From: a bacterium
GTDB taxonomy: Bacteria > UBA8248 > JACPRG01 > G963555815
Reading direction: 5' to 3'
DNA: 64,000 bases
NCBI GenBank assembly: GCA_965261595.1
Contig: CBDHDG010000003.1
Location: 224,001 to 288,000 of the forward strand
In this document: piece by piece, positions 1-9,680 of the stretch
Numbering within the stretch: the stretch's first letter is position 1
Layout of the letters: every line of letters starts with the position of its first letter
Notes under the pieces: generated by a model
What the model was told of the DNA's origin: nothing
What the model saw: only the letters and a program-made list of their open reading frames with translations
Databases searched by the model: none
Made by a program: the position numbers and the translations under genes

Positions 1-1016
1 CCAAAGGGGTTCGCCGCGGAAAGGGCGTCTGCCTGGCCATCAAGGGCCTGCTTGCGCCTTCAGCCTCCGCCGCGATCCTGGAGATGACGAGCGACGGCAG
101 CCTGAATGTCCTTACGTCCACGGTGGAGATGGGGCAGGGGTCCGACACCGCCCTTTGCCAGATCGCCGCCGAGGAGATGGGCGTTCCCCTGGAGCACGTG
201 AAGATCGTGCGGCCCGACACGGACGTCACGCCCTACGACATGCTTACGGCGGGAAGCCGATCGACGTTCAACATGGGGCGGGCCGTCCAGATGGCCGCCG
301 CCGACCTGAAGCGGCAGCTTTTCGAAACGGCGTCCGAAGCCCTGGAGGTGGACGCGGGGGAGTTGGAGACCCGAGAGGGAGCGGTCCGGGTCCTAGGCGC
401 GCCCGAGCGGAAGCTTTCTTTGGAAGAGGTGTTTCACCGCAGGTTTCAGGGGGCGCGGGGAGGAACGCTGGTGGGACAGGGGTTGTTCCAGATCGCCATC
501 GTCCCCATGGACAAGGAGACGGGGCAGTCCGAGAACATGACGGCGCACTGGTTCAGCGGCGCTTCGGCCGCCGAGGTCGAGGTGGATTGCGAGACGGGGA
601 CGGTCAGGGTTTTGAAGTTCGCCGCGGCGGCCGACGTGGGGCGGGCCGTCCATCCCGCCCACTGTGAGCAGCAGATCAACGGCGCGGCCATCACGACGCT
701 GGGGCTGACGCTTTTCGAATCCATGCGGTTCGAGGAAGGCCGGCTCACGAATGCGTCTTTCCTCGAGTATCCGATTCCCTCCTTCGGCGACGTGCCGCCC
801 GAGATGGAGGCCATCCTGATCGAAGAGCCCCACCCGGACGGTCCCTACGGCGCCAAAGGGGTCGGCGAGACCGGGACGATGGCCACCGTCCCGGCGGTCG
901 CCGGCGCGATCTTCGACGCCGTCGGGGTGTGGGTGAGCGAGATCCCGATCACCCCGGAATCCCTTCTGCGGGCCATCCGGTCGGCAAGGGGCGATGCGTG
1001 CGGTTCGGATGATTGA
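1..1016 (+). CDS. Xanthine dehydrogenase family molybdopterin-binding subunit, C-terminal part (5' end outside window)
   Basis: Motifs EMGQG, TAGSRST, DVGRAVHP, GPYGAKGVGE; the frame is open back to the window edge. Confidence 0.9.
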   Translation, partial: KGVRRGKGVCLAIKGLLAPSASAAILEMTSDGSLNVLTSTVEMGQGSDTALCQIAAEEMGVPLEHVKIVRPDTDVTPYDMLTAGSRSTFNMGRAVQMAAADLKRQLFETASEALEVDAGELETREGAVRVLGAPERKLSLEEVFHRRFQGARGGTLVGQGLFQIAIVPMDKETGQSENMTAHWFSGASAAEVEVDCETGTVRVLKFAAAADVGRAVHPAHCEQQINGAAITTLGLTLFESMRFEEGRLTNASFLEYPIPSFGDVPPEMEAILIEEPHPDGPYGAKGVGETGTMATVPAVAGAIFDAVGVWVSEIPITPESLLRAIRSARGDACGSDD

Positions 1017-1247
1017 TTTCCTCTCGGTTTGAAGCCGAAGAGGGGCCGGGTCGCGGTGTGGGAGGGCCGCGTCCGGCGGTCCTGGCGGTGTGTTCGCGTA
1101 CGGATGTCCTTCCTATGTCCTTCCTATTGACACCCCCCCCCTTTTTTGAAATGATAATATTGGGCATGCTGCGCCTAGCCCTTGAACAGTGCGCTCCCTT
1201 CCATCCGACGGGGGATTTTCTCTCACCTTTACACCCTGGAGGCGTCC

Positions 1248-2405
1248 ATGCAGTTTTATTTTTTCCATTTGATGCCTTACCCGTACATGCCGGAGGATTA
1301 CCTCGAGACCTACGGGACCTCCTGGGCCACGATACCGAACCAGCTCTATGATCCCGAAAAGGGCCACATCCTTTACAACCAATACCTGGACGTGTTCGAG
1401 CGGGCGGATCAATTGGGCTACGACGGCATTTGCGTGAACGAGCATCACCAGACCTGTTACGGCCTGATGCCTTCGCCCAACCTCATGGCCGCCGCGTTGG
1501 CGCGCCGGACAAAGCGCGCGAAGATCGCCATCCTGGGAAACGCCATCTGCCTCCGGGACCATCCCCTGCGGGTGGCGGAAGAGGTGGCCATGCTGGACGT
1601 GATCACCAAAGGGCGGATCATCTCGGGGTTCGTCCGGGGGGTGGGGGACGAGTACACAGCCTTCAGCATGGACCCCACAACGTCGCGGGACCGGTTCCTG
1701 GAAGCCTACGACCTGATCATCCGGGCGTGGACCGAGCCGGGACCGTTTTCCTTCGAAGGCAAACATTACAACTTCCGGTATGTGAATCCCTGGCCGCGTC
1801 CCTATCAGAAGCCCCACCCCCCTGTGTGGATGCCCTCCCAGGGAAGCCAGGAGACGATTGAATTCGCCGCCAAGCGGAAGTATCCCTACATGCAGGTCTT
1901 CAGCCCATTTGAAGCGATGAAGAAGATCCTGGATCGATATAAAGAACAGGCCGAGGTTTACGGGTACACGGCGACGAGCGACCAGCTTGGCTGGGCCGTC
2001 CCGATCTATGTGGCCGACACCGACGAGCAGGCGTGGGCCGAGGCGGAAACCCACCTCTCCTTTCTCTTCAACAAGCTCTTGCGGCGTCCGGGGCACCAAT
2101 TCTTTCCGCCGGGCTACCTGACGGATAAGTCCATGGCCCGCATCCTGGAGGCCAAGGCGGATAAGATGGCCGGAGACCGAAGCCCCCGTGAGCTGGACGA
2201 AAAGGGGGTCATCATCGTGGGAAGCGCGGCCACGGTGCGCGAGCGGCTTAAGGAATACGAGAAGGAGGCGGGGTTCGGGTTTCTGGTCACGCTATTGCAT
2301 TTCGGAAGCCTGCCCCACGACCTCACCATGAAAAACGTCGAGATGTTCGCAAGCGAGGTCATGCCTCACTTTCAGGTCGAGGCCCCGGCGGGTGCGGCCA
2401 CCTAG
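1248..2405 (+). CDS. LLM-class (luciferase-like) flavin-dependent oxidoreductase
   Basis: GYDGICVNEHH, HPLRVAEEVAMLD, PYQKPHPPVW; GGAGG RBS before ATG 1248. Confidence 0.9.
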   Translation: MQFYFFHLMPYPYMPEDYLETYGTSWATIPNQLYDPEKGHILYNQYLDVFERADQLGYDGICVNEHHQTCYGLMPSPNLMAAALARRTKRAKIAILGNAICLRDHPLRVAEEVAMLDVITKGRIISGFVRGVGDEYTAFSMDPTTSRDRFLEAYDLIIRAWTEPGPFSFEGKHYNFRYVNPWPRPYQKPHPPVWMPSQGSQETIEFAAKRKYPYMQVFSPFEAMKKILDRYKEQAEVYGYTATSDQLGWAVPIYVADTDEQAWAEAETHLSFLFNKLLRRPGHQFFPPGYLTDKSMARILEAKADKMAGDRSPRELDEKGVIIVGSAATVRERLKEYEKEAGFGFLVTLLHFGSLPHDLTMKNVEMFASEVMPHFQVEAPAGAAT

Positions 2406-2578
2406 ATCGCACGGCGGGCTCTGACCGGCGCGTCCCCGTTTTCGGATGGGGGGGGGGGGACGCTCAGGCGTCCAGGAAATTTCAGGGATCGGGAGGAACG
2501 GGGGGGCCGGTCCGCAAGGGTGCGTTTCGGATCCCCTCAGCGCGGGGGCGGAACGCCCGGAAGGACCGGGAACTCGTA

Positions 2579-3457
2579 TTGAATCTGGAACTGAACGTTC
2601 TCCCCGAGCTTATGGCCGTTCTGGCCGCGTTCATGCTCAGCGTGGCCAATGTGTTTTCCAAGGGGGCGTTGAGGCACGCGCCCCCCTTCACCGGGGCGGT
2701 GATGTTCGCCCTGGTTCCGCTTGTCTTGTTGGGGCCGTGGCTCCCGGTCCTGGTTCCCTTGGAGGCGGGCACACGGGAGGGATTCCTTTGGTTTTTGCTG
2801 TCCGGTGTGGTCCACCCGGGACTGGCCATCACCTTCCTACTCCTCGGCAACCAGCGTGTGGGGATTTCGCGGGCCTCGACCATCGCTTCGGTGGCGCCGC
2901 TGATCAGCGTCCTCATCGGGGTCTCCTTTCTCGGGGAGCGTCCGGATTGGACGGTTTGGGTGGGGGGGCTGCTCATCGTGGGCGGCGTGGTGGCCATCTC
3001 CGGGGAAAAATCGGGGGGCCGATTCAAGCGGAAAGATTTCCTCTTTCCGGTCCTCGCCGGGCTTGCGATGGGCGTGACGCCGGCGTTGAGAAAACTGGGC
3101 CTCATGCATGTCCCTTTCCCGATTTACGGGGTGGTCGCGGCGGCGCTGGGCGGCGTGCTGGGGCTTTCCGCCATGGCCCGTTTTTTCCCCCGGGGAGAGC
3201 GGCTCCGACTCGCGCCCAAGGGCTTGTTGTTCTTCGGATGGGCGGCCTCCTTCGCCCTGGCGGGGCGGCTGTTGTTCTTTGACGCGTTGAACCGGGGGGA
3301 ATTTTCCCGGGTGGTCTTCCTCATCCACTCGATGCCCTTGTGGGTGCTGTTGCTGTCGTGGCTGCTTCTGAGGGAGAGTGAGCGCATCACCTCCAGGCTG
3401 GTCGCGGCGACGGTGGTCGTTGTCCTGGGGATCGGAGTCATTTCGATGGGCGTATAA
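2579..3457 (+). CDS. DMT/EamA family transporter
   Basis: About 10 hydrophobic segments in two repeats, FLGER and LLRE motifs. Confidence 0.85.
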   Translation: MNLELNVLPELMAVLAAFMLSVANVFSKGALRHAPPFTGAVMFALVPLVLLGPWLPVLVPLEAGTREGFLWFLLSGVVHPGLAITFLLLGNQRVGISRASTIASVAPLISVLIGVSFLGERPDWTVWVGGLLIVGGVVAISGEKSGGRFKRKDFLFPVLAGLAMGVTPALRKLGLMHVPFPIYGVVAAALGGVLGLSAMARFFPRGERLRLAPKGLLFFGWAASFALAGRLLFFDALNRGEFSRVVFLIHSMPLWVLLLSWLLLRESERITSRLVAATVVVVLGIGVISMGV

Positions 3458-3579
3458 AGACGGGTTCCGGGGAGGGGAGGGGGATCCCCGGGTTCGTTTG
3501 CGTTCGGGGGGGGGTGCGTTTTGATTCTTTTCGAAAACAGGCTTTTCTCTCAACTCTTTTGACCCTGGGAGTGTGACAC

Positions 3580-4365
3580 ATGACACAGGCAACGGATGTA
3601 CTCACGGAATTCGTCCAGGTTCGGGATGTGAAGGTGCGGCTTCTTCGCGGAGGGGAAGGTCCGCCCCTGCTCTATCTTCACGGAGCGGGGCGGTCGGGCG
3701 TCTGGCTGCCGGTGATGGAAGAGCTGGCCAAGGATTTCGATGTCCTCGCGCCCGACCACCCGGGTTTCGGCCAGTCCGATCGGCCCGATTGGCTCGACGG
3801 GATGGACGATATGGTCTACCACTACCTCGACTTTCTGGACCAGATGGGTCTGGATCAGGTCAACGTGGTCGGCATCTCCTTCGGCGGATGGCTGGCGGCC
3901 GAGTTTGCGGTGGCCCACCCTGAGCGGGTCTCAAAAGTGATTCTGTCGGCGGCCTCGGGGCTTCGCGTGGAGGGGACGCCCATCACGGACCTCTTCACCC
4001 TTTCCCCGGCCGAGACCGCGGAGTATCTGTTTTCGGATCCGGAAAAGGTGAAGGCGTTGGTGGAAAGCGAGCCGACTCCCGAGATTCAGCAGGAGCTCTA
4101 TCGGGGACGGGTCACGCTGGCCCACCTGGGGTGGAACCCGCTTTTGTTCAATCCGGCGCTGCGGCGGCGCCTCTACCGGGTCACATGTCCGACCCGGGTG
4201 TTCTGGGGAGAGCAGGATCGCCTCGTCCCCATCGCGCACGGCGAGGCGTACGCCTCGGAGATCGCAGGTGCGGAGCTGGTGACGTTCAAGGACTGCGCCC
4301 ACTCCATCCAGCAGGAAAAACCCGGGGAGTTCGCCGCCGAAGTGAAAAAATTCCTGAAGGCGTAG
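3580..4365 (+). CDS. Alpha/beta fold hydrolase
   Basis: LHGAG, DHPGFGQS, GISFGG nucleophile elbow, C-terminal CAH. Confidence 0.9.
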   Translation: MTQATDVLTEFVQVRDVKVRLLRGGEGPPLLYLHGAGRSGVWLPVMEELAKDFDVLAPDHPGFGQSDRPDWLDGMDDMVYHYLDFLDQMGLDQVNVVGISFGGWLAAEFAVAHPERVSKVILSAASGLRVEGTPITDLFTLSPAETAEYLFSDPEKVKALVESEPTPEIQQELYRGRVTLAHLGWNPLLFNPALRRRLYRVTCPTRVFWGEQDRLVPIAHGEAYASEIAGAELVTFKDCAHSIQQEKPGEFAAEVKKFLKA

Positions 4366-4412
4366 CCTCCGGAAAACGGGGAAGGAGAGGTGTGAGTTGA
4401 GGAAGCAAAGTC

Positions 4413-5240
4413 TTGGCTGCTGAGTGGACGTTTCCGAAGATGTTCCGGCTGGACGGCAAGGTGGCCCTGATAACCGGAGGCGCCAGGGGGCTGGGCCTGG
4501 CCATGGCCACGGGGCTCGCGGAGGCCGGGGCCGAGGTCGTCCTGGCCGATATCCTGCGGGACGAAGGCGAAGAGAAGGCCCGGGACCTGACCGCCCGCGG
4601 GCAAAAGGCCCATTACCGCACGATCGACGTATCTGATCGGGACGGTGTGTTCGCGGCGATGAATGAGGTCGCGGACGCCCTGGGAGGGATCGATGTCCTG
4701 ATCAACAACGCCGGCGTGGGGGGGAAAAGCCACGGGGGCCCGTTCGCCGCCCAGGAGATGACGCCCGAACATTGGCGGGCCTTGATGTCCATCAACCTGG
4801 ACGGTCCCTTTGCCTGTTGCCAGGCCGTCCATCCCATCATGAAGGCGCGGGGCGGCGGCGCCATCATCAACATCGCCTCTGTTTGGGGCCTCGGCGCCAG
4901 CTCGAGCATGCCCGTCGCCGCCTATGCGTCATCCAAGGGGGCGTTGGTCAACCTGACCCGGCAGTTGGCCGTTGAATGGGCCCGGGACGGGATCCGGGTG
5001 AATGCCATCGCCCCGGGATTTTTCGACACCCAGCTTGCCGCGGGCGGGGGAGGGGGCGGAGGCGGCCCGGAGGCGGATTGGAAGAAAAAGATGCGAGAGC
5101 AGATCGGCGAGCGAATGCCGATGGGGCGGCGTGGGGCGCCGGAGGAGATCAAGGGAGCGGCCATTTTCCTGGCGTCGGAGGCCTCCGGTCTGGTGACGGG
5201 TCACACCCTCCCGGTGGACGGGGGCTGGATGGCGTGGTGA
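4413..5240 (+). CDS. SDR family NAD(P)-dependent oxidoreductase
   Basis: TGGARGLG, NNAG, YASSK, VDGG; start could be ATG 4440. Confidence 0.9.
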   Translation: MAAEWTFPKMFRLDGKVALITGGARGLGLAMATGLAEAGAEVVLADILRDEGEEKARDLTARGQKAHYRTIDVSDRDGVFAAMNEVADALGGIDVLINNAGVGGKSHGGPFAAQEMTPEHWRALMSINLDGPFACCQAVHPIMKARGGGAIINIASVWGLGASSSMPVAAYASSKGALVNLTRQLAVEWARDGIRVNAIAPGFFDTQLAAGGGGGGGGPEADWKKKMREQIGERMPMGRRGAPEEIKGAAIFLASEASGLVTGHTLPVDGGWMAW

Positions 5241-5334
5241 GAGCGAACCGGCGACCCCGGGCCGGCCGTTTCCCCCGCAAACTCCGGGCTGATCCCATGA
5301 TGAGCGGTTTTCCACATTTGGTGACCGGGAGGGG

Positions 5335-6654
5335 ATGCCGTTGAGTATGATCGAGGACGAAAAACGCGTTTTGGCCTGGATCGATTCCAATCGCGGCGAC
5401 GCCATCGAGCTTCTTCAGGACCTTGTGCGGATTCCGAGCCTCACGGGCGAAGAAGGTCCCGGCCAGGAATTCATGGCGGGTTACCTGAAAGAGATGGGAC
5501 TCGAAGTCGAGCGTTGCGTCGCCGATATGGAGGCCCTCGAGGGCCATCCCGAGTTCATCCCGGTGGACCCGGAGGTGAACGTCGGGAACTATGAGGAAAG
5601 ACCCAACGTCATCGGGAGATATCGGGGAGCGGGCGGAGGGCGCTCGATCATGTTCTTCGCCCACATGGACACGGTTCCGCCGGGAGACGGCTGGACCCGG
5701 GACCCCTACGGCGCGGAGATCGTGGACGGCCGGATGTACGGCCTCGGAACGGCCGACATGAAGGCCGGGATGGCCGCGTCTTTTTACGCGCTGAAGGCGT
5801 GCATGGGGGCCGGCGTCCGCCTCAAGGGCGACGTCCTTTGCATGAGCAACATCGAGGAGGAGATCGGCGGCAGCGGCGGTATTTTGGCCTGCGTCGCCCA
5901 GGGCTACCGGGCGGACGCGGGCATCCACACCCACCCGGGCGAGGGGAAGCCCGAGATGGTCTGGATCGCCTCCTCCGGCGTCCTGACTTTCCGGGTGAAG
6001 GTCAAGGGCCGGACGACCCACGGGTTTCAGTCCCACTTGGGCGTGAACGCATTGGAGAAGGCGTGGCGGATCGTCGAGGCCCTTCGGGAGCTCGACCGTC
6101 ACTTGGGCGTGACGAGCCGGGAGCCCCTCACCGAGAGCACCTTTTACCTCAGCGGCCGGCCGGTCCGCGCCGTCAACCTGTACCTCAGCGCGATGCGCGG
6201 GGGCGGGTGGCTATACCAGGTCCCGCCGGACTGCGAGATGGACTGGGTGTACACCTTTCCGAACAACGAATCCCTGGAAGAGAACGTGTCCCTCATCGAG
6301 GAGACCGTTCGGACCGCCGCCGCCGCGGACCCGTGGCTGAAGGAGAACCCGCCCGAGGTCCAGTGGCTTCCGATCAAGTTCAGCCCCTGCCGGTGCGATC
6401 CCGACGACCCGTTTGTCCGGGTGACACGAGAGAGCATCGAGGCCGTCACGGGGGAGAAGACGAGTCTCGGGGCGACGCCGGTGGGGAGCGACATGCGGGT
6501 GCCCGCCCTGTACGCGGAGATGCCGACGGTCAACATCGGCCCCCTGGGCGGGGGCGGCCATTCGCCTGACGAGTGGGTGGACGTCGAATCCTACGTGGAT
6601 GCCGTCAAGATGTTCGCCGTCCTCCTGATCCGGTGGTGCGGCGCGGCGTCTTGA
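5335..6654 (+). CDS. ArgE/DapE family (M20) deacylase
   Basis: AHMDTVP, GLGTADMK, EEE, GHSPDEWV. Confidence 0.88.
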   Translation: MPLSMIEDEKRVLAWIDSNRGDAIELLQDLVRIPSLTGEEGPGQEFMAGYLKEMGLEVERCVADMEALEGHPEFIPVDPEVNVGNYEERPNVIGRYRGAGGGRSIMFFAHMDTVPPGDGWTRDPYGAEIVDGRMYGLGTADMKAGMAASFYALKACMGAGVRLKGDVLCMSNIEEEIGGSGGILACVAQGYRADAGIHTHPGEGKPEMVWIASSGVLTFRVKVKGRTTHGFQSHLGVNALEKAWRIVEALRELDRHLGVTSREPLTESTFYLSGRPVRAVNLYLSAMRGGGWLYQVPPDCEMDWVYTFPNNESLEENVSLIEETVRTAAAADPWLKENPPEVQWLPIKFSPCRCDPDDPFVRVTRESIEAVTGEKTSLGATPVGSDMRVPALYAEMPTVNIGPLGGGGHSPDEWVDVESYVDAVKMFAVLLIRWCGAAS

Positions 6655-6707
6655 GCCGGTAACCGCCGAGGGCGCGGCCCCGGTGATTCCGAAAGCGAGA
6701 ATGGGCA

Positions 6708-7466
6708 TTGCGGCTTAAGGATCGCGTTGTCATCGTCACCGGGGCGGCCCGGGGGATCGGGAGGGTCTACGCGAAGGCCGCGGCCGCGGAGGGGGCGAAG
6801 GTTGTCGTCTCGGACGTCCTGGACGGCGAAGAAGCGGTGGAGGAAATCCGCAAGGGCGGCGGGGAGGCGATGTACGTCCGCGCCGATGTGTCCGAGGAGC
6901 GGAGCGTGAGGGCCCTCGCCCGGTCGGCCCACGGCCGATACGGCCGCGTCGACGGTTTGGTGAACAACGCCGCGCGCGTGGCGGATATCCGCCTGGGCGG
7001 TTTCGATGAGGTCTCCGTCGAGGAGTGGGACGCGGTCATGGCCGTCAACGTCAAGGGCGCGTGGTTGGCCTCGAAGGCGGTCCACCCCTATATGAGAGAC
7101 CGGGGATCGGGGAAGATCATCACCATCGCCTCGGGCGTCCCGTTCAAGGGAACCCCGATTCCCGCCCACTATACGGTCTCCAAGGGCGTGGTCATCACAT
7201 TGACGCGGGTCCTGGCGCGGTCGATGGGGAAGGACGGGATTTGCGTCAACTGCGTCGCCCCGGGTCTGACGCGAAGCGAGAGCCTGGCCGAGGCGCGCGG
7301 CGAGGATTACGAGCGGGTGGAGACGCTCCAGATCGCGACGCGGGCAATCCCGCGCGGTGAGGTCCCGGAAGACCTCATCGGCGCCGTTTTGTTCTTCCTG
7401 TCGGACGGGGCCGACTTCATCACGGGCCAGACCCTGCTGGTGGACGGCGGCTCGTTCATGAATTGA
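6708..7466 (+). CDS. SDR family oxidoreductase
   Basis: TGAARGIG, NNAA, YTVSK, FITGQTLLVDGG. Confidence 0.9.
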   Translation: MRLKDRVVIVTGAARGIGRVYAKAAAAEGAKVVVSDVLDGEEAVEEIRKGGGEAMYVRADVSEERSVRALARSAHGRYGRVDGLVNNAARVADIRLGGFDEVSVEEWDAVMAVNVKGAWLASKAVHPYMRDRGSGKIITIASGVPFKGTPIPAHYTVSKGVVITLTRVLARSMGKDGICVNCVAPGLTRSESLAEARGEDYERVETLQIATRAIPRGEVPEDLIGAVLFFLSDGADFITGQTLLVDGGSFMN

Positions 7467-7511
7467 CCGACCACGCCGCCGACTTTTTGCCCTTGGAAGA
7501 GAGGAGTGTCA

Positions 7512-8453
7512 ATGAAGACCCATGAGTTGTTCGCCAACCCGGACACGGTTCACTGGGGGACTTTCGACCATCGCCTGGAGCCCGTCCTGACCCTCGCCTC
7601 GGGCGACCGGGTGATTGTCCACACCTTGTCGGGCCATCCCGACCTGCTGCCGGAAGACGAGAGCCGGATCCCCGAGGAGCTGAGGGCCATCCACGCGAAG
7701 GTCCCCAAGGGGCCGGGGCCGCACATCCTGTTGGGCCCGGTGGCCGTGGAAGGGGCGGCGCCGGGGGACGTCCTGGAAATCGTCATCGAGGAGATTTGGC
7801 CGAGGTTCGACTGGGCGTATAACCGCTTAGGACCCCTGTTGGGCGCGCTGCCCGATGATTTCACGGAAGTGAACGCCCGGATCATCGACCTGGACCTGAA
7901 CGCCGGCACGGCGGAGGTGGTGAAGGGGTGGAAGGTGCCCCTGCGCCCGTTCTTCGGCATCCTCGGCGTATGCCCGCCGGAGGGGATGGGCGCCATCCCG
8001 AGCAATCCGCCCTACCTCCACGGCGGCAATCTGGACAACAAGGAACTCGTGGCCGGCTCGACGATTTACCTTCCGGTTTGGAAGAAAGGCGCGGGTCTGT
8101 CCGTCGGCGACGGACACGGCGCGCAAGGCGACGGGGAGGTGGACGTAACGGCGGTCGAGACCTCGATGCGGGCGGTCCTCCGGCTCACGGCCCGCAAGGA
8201 CGTGAAACTCAGGAAATGGCCGCGAGCGGAGACGCCGACCCACTACATCACCATGGGGTTCGATCAGGACCTGGACGACGCGGTGAAGGAGGCCCTCCGG
8301 GAGATGATCGAGTTTCTGGGCGACCGCTTCGGTCTCGGCCGGGAGGACGCCTACGCCTTTTGCAGCACGGCGGTTGACCTGAGAGTCACGCAGGTGGTGA
8401 ACGGCTACAAGGGCGCTCACGCCATGCTGGCCAAAGACCTGACGCCTTCGTAG
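7512..8453 (+). CDS. Acetamidase/formamidase family protein
   Basis: GPHILLGP, HGGNLDNKEL, GDGHGAQGDGEV. Confidence 0.9.
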   Translation: MKTHELFANPDTVHWGTFDHRLEPVLTLASGDRVIVHTLSGHPDLLPEDESRIPEELRAIHAKVPKGPGPHILLGPVAVEGAAPGDVLEIVIEEIWPRFDWAYNRLGPLLGALPDDFTEVNARIIDLDLNAGTAEVVKGWKVPLRPFFGILGVCPPEGMGAIPSNPPYLHGGNLDNKELVAGSTIYLPVWKKGAGLSVGDGHGAQGDGEVDVTAVETSMRAVLRLTARKDVKLRKWPRAETPTHYITMGFDQDLDDAVKEALREMIEFLGDRFGLGREDAYAFCSTAVDLRVTQVVNGYKGAHAMLAKDLTPS

Positions 8454-8471
8454 GGACAGGGGTTTTCGCGC

Positions 8472-9356
8472 ATGCGGGCCGATCTGGAGATCCTGGAGGG
8501 GGCGTGCGACATCCACGTCCACACGAACCCCGACGTCTTCCCCCGGATGGTGGACGACGTGGAGGCCGCGCGCGGGGCGAAGGAATACGGGTTTCGCGCG
8601 ATCATCACAAAATCGCACCAGCTCGAAACGGCCTCCCGGGCGCATTTCGCCCGGCGGATCGTCGGCGGGATCGACATCTTCGGGAGCACCACGCTGGACT
8701 ACACCCACGGGGGGCTGAACCCGTTCAGTGTGGACGCCGTGATCAAGGTGGGCGGGAAGAAGGTCTTCATGCCCACGACCGACGCCGCCTACCACAAGGA
8801 GTTGTTCGGCGCCATCGGGGGCGTGGGGAGCTATGAGGCCGGCGGCGGAATCGGGGCGCTCTATGCCGAGCAGCCGCCCCTGCGGATCATCGACGGAAAG
8901 GGAAAGCTCCTGTCCGCCGTCCGCGACATCCTGAAGCTTGCGGCCGAAGCGGGGATCATCGTCAGCGCCGGCCACACCTCCTTGGAGGAGATCCGGGCGC
9001 TTCTGGCCGGGTGCAAGGACATGGGGCTTCGGAAGGTTGTCGTCGATCACCCGTTCTTCACGAAGATCCCCGTCGAGGCCCAGGAAGAGATCGCCCGCGC
9101 GGGCGCCTACATCAACTACGCCTACTGGGACATCTGCCCGAAGTTCTACTGCGTCTCCCTGCCCGAGCTCGCCGCCGCCATCCGCCGCGTCGGCCCGGCC
9201 CGGGCCGTCCTCTCCAGCGACGCCGGCCAGCTCTTCAACGCCCCCCCGGCCGAGTGCCTCCGGACGTACGTTCAGATGCTCCTGGAGGAGGGGTTTTCGT
9301 CCCAGGAAATCCGGCGGATGGTTTGTGATAATCCGGCGTTTTTGGTTTATGAGTAG
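8472..9356 (+). CDS. Metal-dependent TIM-barrel hydrolase (DUF6282-like)
   Basis: DIHVH, KSH, GGLNP, MPT, AGH, DHP, SSDAGQ. Confidence 0.75.
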   Translation: MRADLEILEGACDIHVHTNPDVFPRMVDDVEAARGAKEYGFRAIITKSHQLETASRAHFARRIVGGIDIFGSTTLDYTHGGLNPFSVDAVIKVGGKKVFMPTTDAAYHKELFGAIGGVGSYEAGGGIGALYAEQPPLRIIDGKGKLLSAVRDILKLAAEAGIIVSAGHTSLEEIRALLAGCKDMGLRKVVVDHPFFTKIPVEAQEEIARAGAYINYAYWDICPKFYCVSLPELAAAIRRVGPARAVLSSDAGQLFNAPPAECLRTYVQMLLEEGFSSQEIRRMVCDNPAFLVYE

Positions 9357-9680
9357 GCAATGACGTTAAGTATTTCTCCATCCTTCTTTCCCCACATATT
9401 TAACGAATATTTTGACCTCACAAGATGAATGAATGTGTGATTCGTCCGGCGGGATGTGCATCACCCAGGGAGGTTCTGAGCGAGCGGAAACCATTTTAAT
9501 CCACAAGGTGCGCATACGCTTGAACAGGCAAGGGAGGTTTATCCGAGGGGCCTGTGGATATCCTTCCGGCCGGCGGTTTTTTTGTGCGCCCGACTCGGTT
9601 AGGATTGTGGAAGGGGCGATTCACTGTGATCTCACACTCCGGTTCGCGCCGCATCCGAGGATGTGGCGGGAGGGCGCGTC

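Noticed and set aside
2448..2459. Intergenic G homopolymers (G12 here; also near 3506, 12063, 63939) as regulatory elements
   Set aside because: No consistent context; common in high-GC DNA and prone to sequencing error.
5043..5066. Poly-Gly (8) insert in the SDR substrate loop
   Set aside because: In frame, mixed codons, in a variable loop; no evidence of a special function.
9626..9637. TGTGA-TC-TCACA as a CRP site
   Set aside because: The spacer is 2 bp rather than 6; it cannot be assigned to a regulator.
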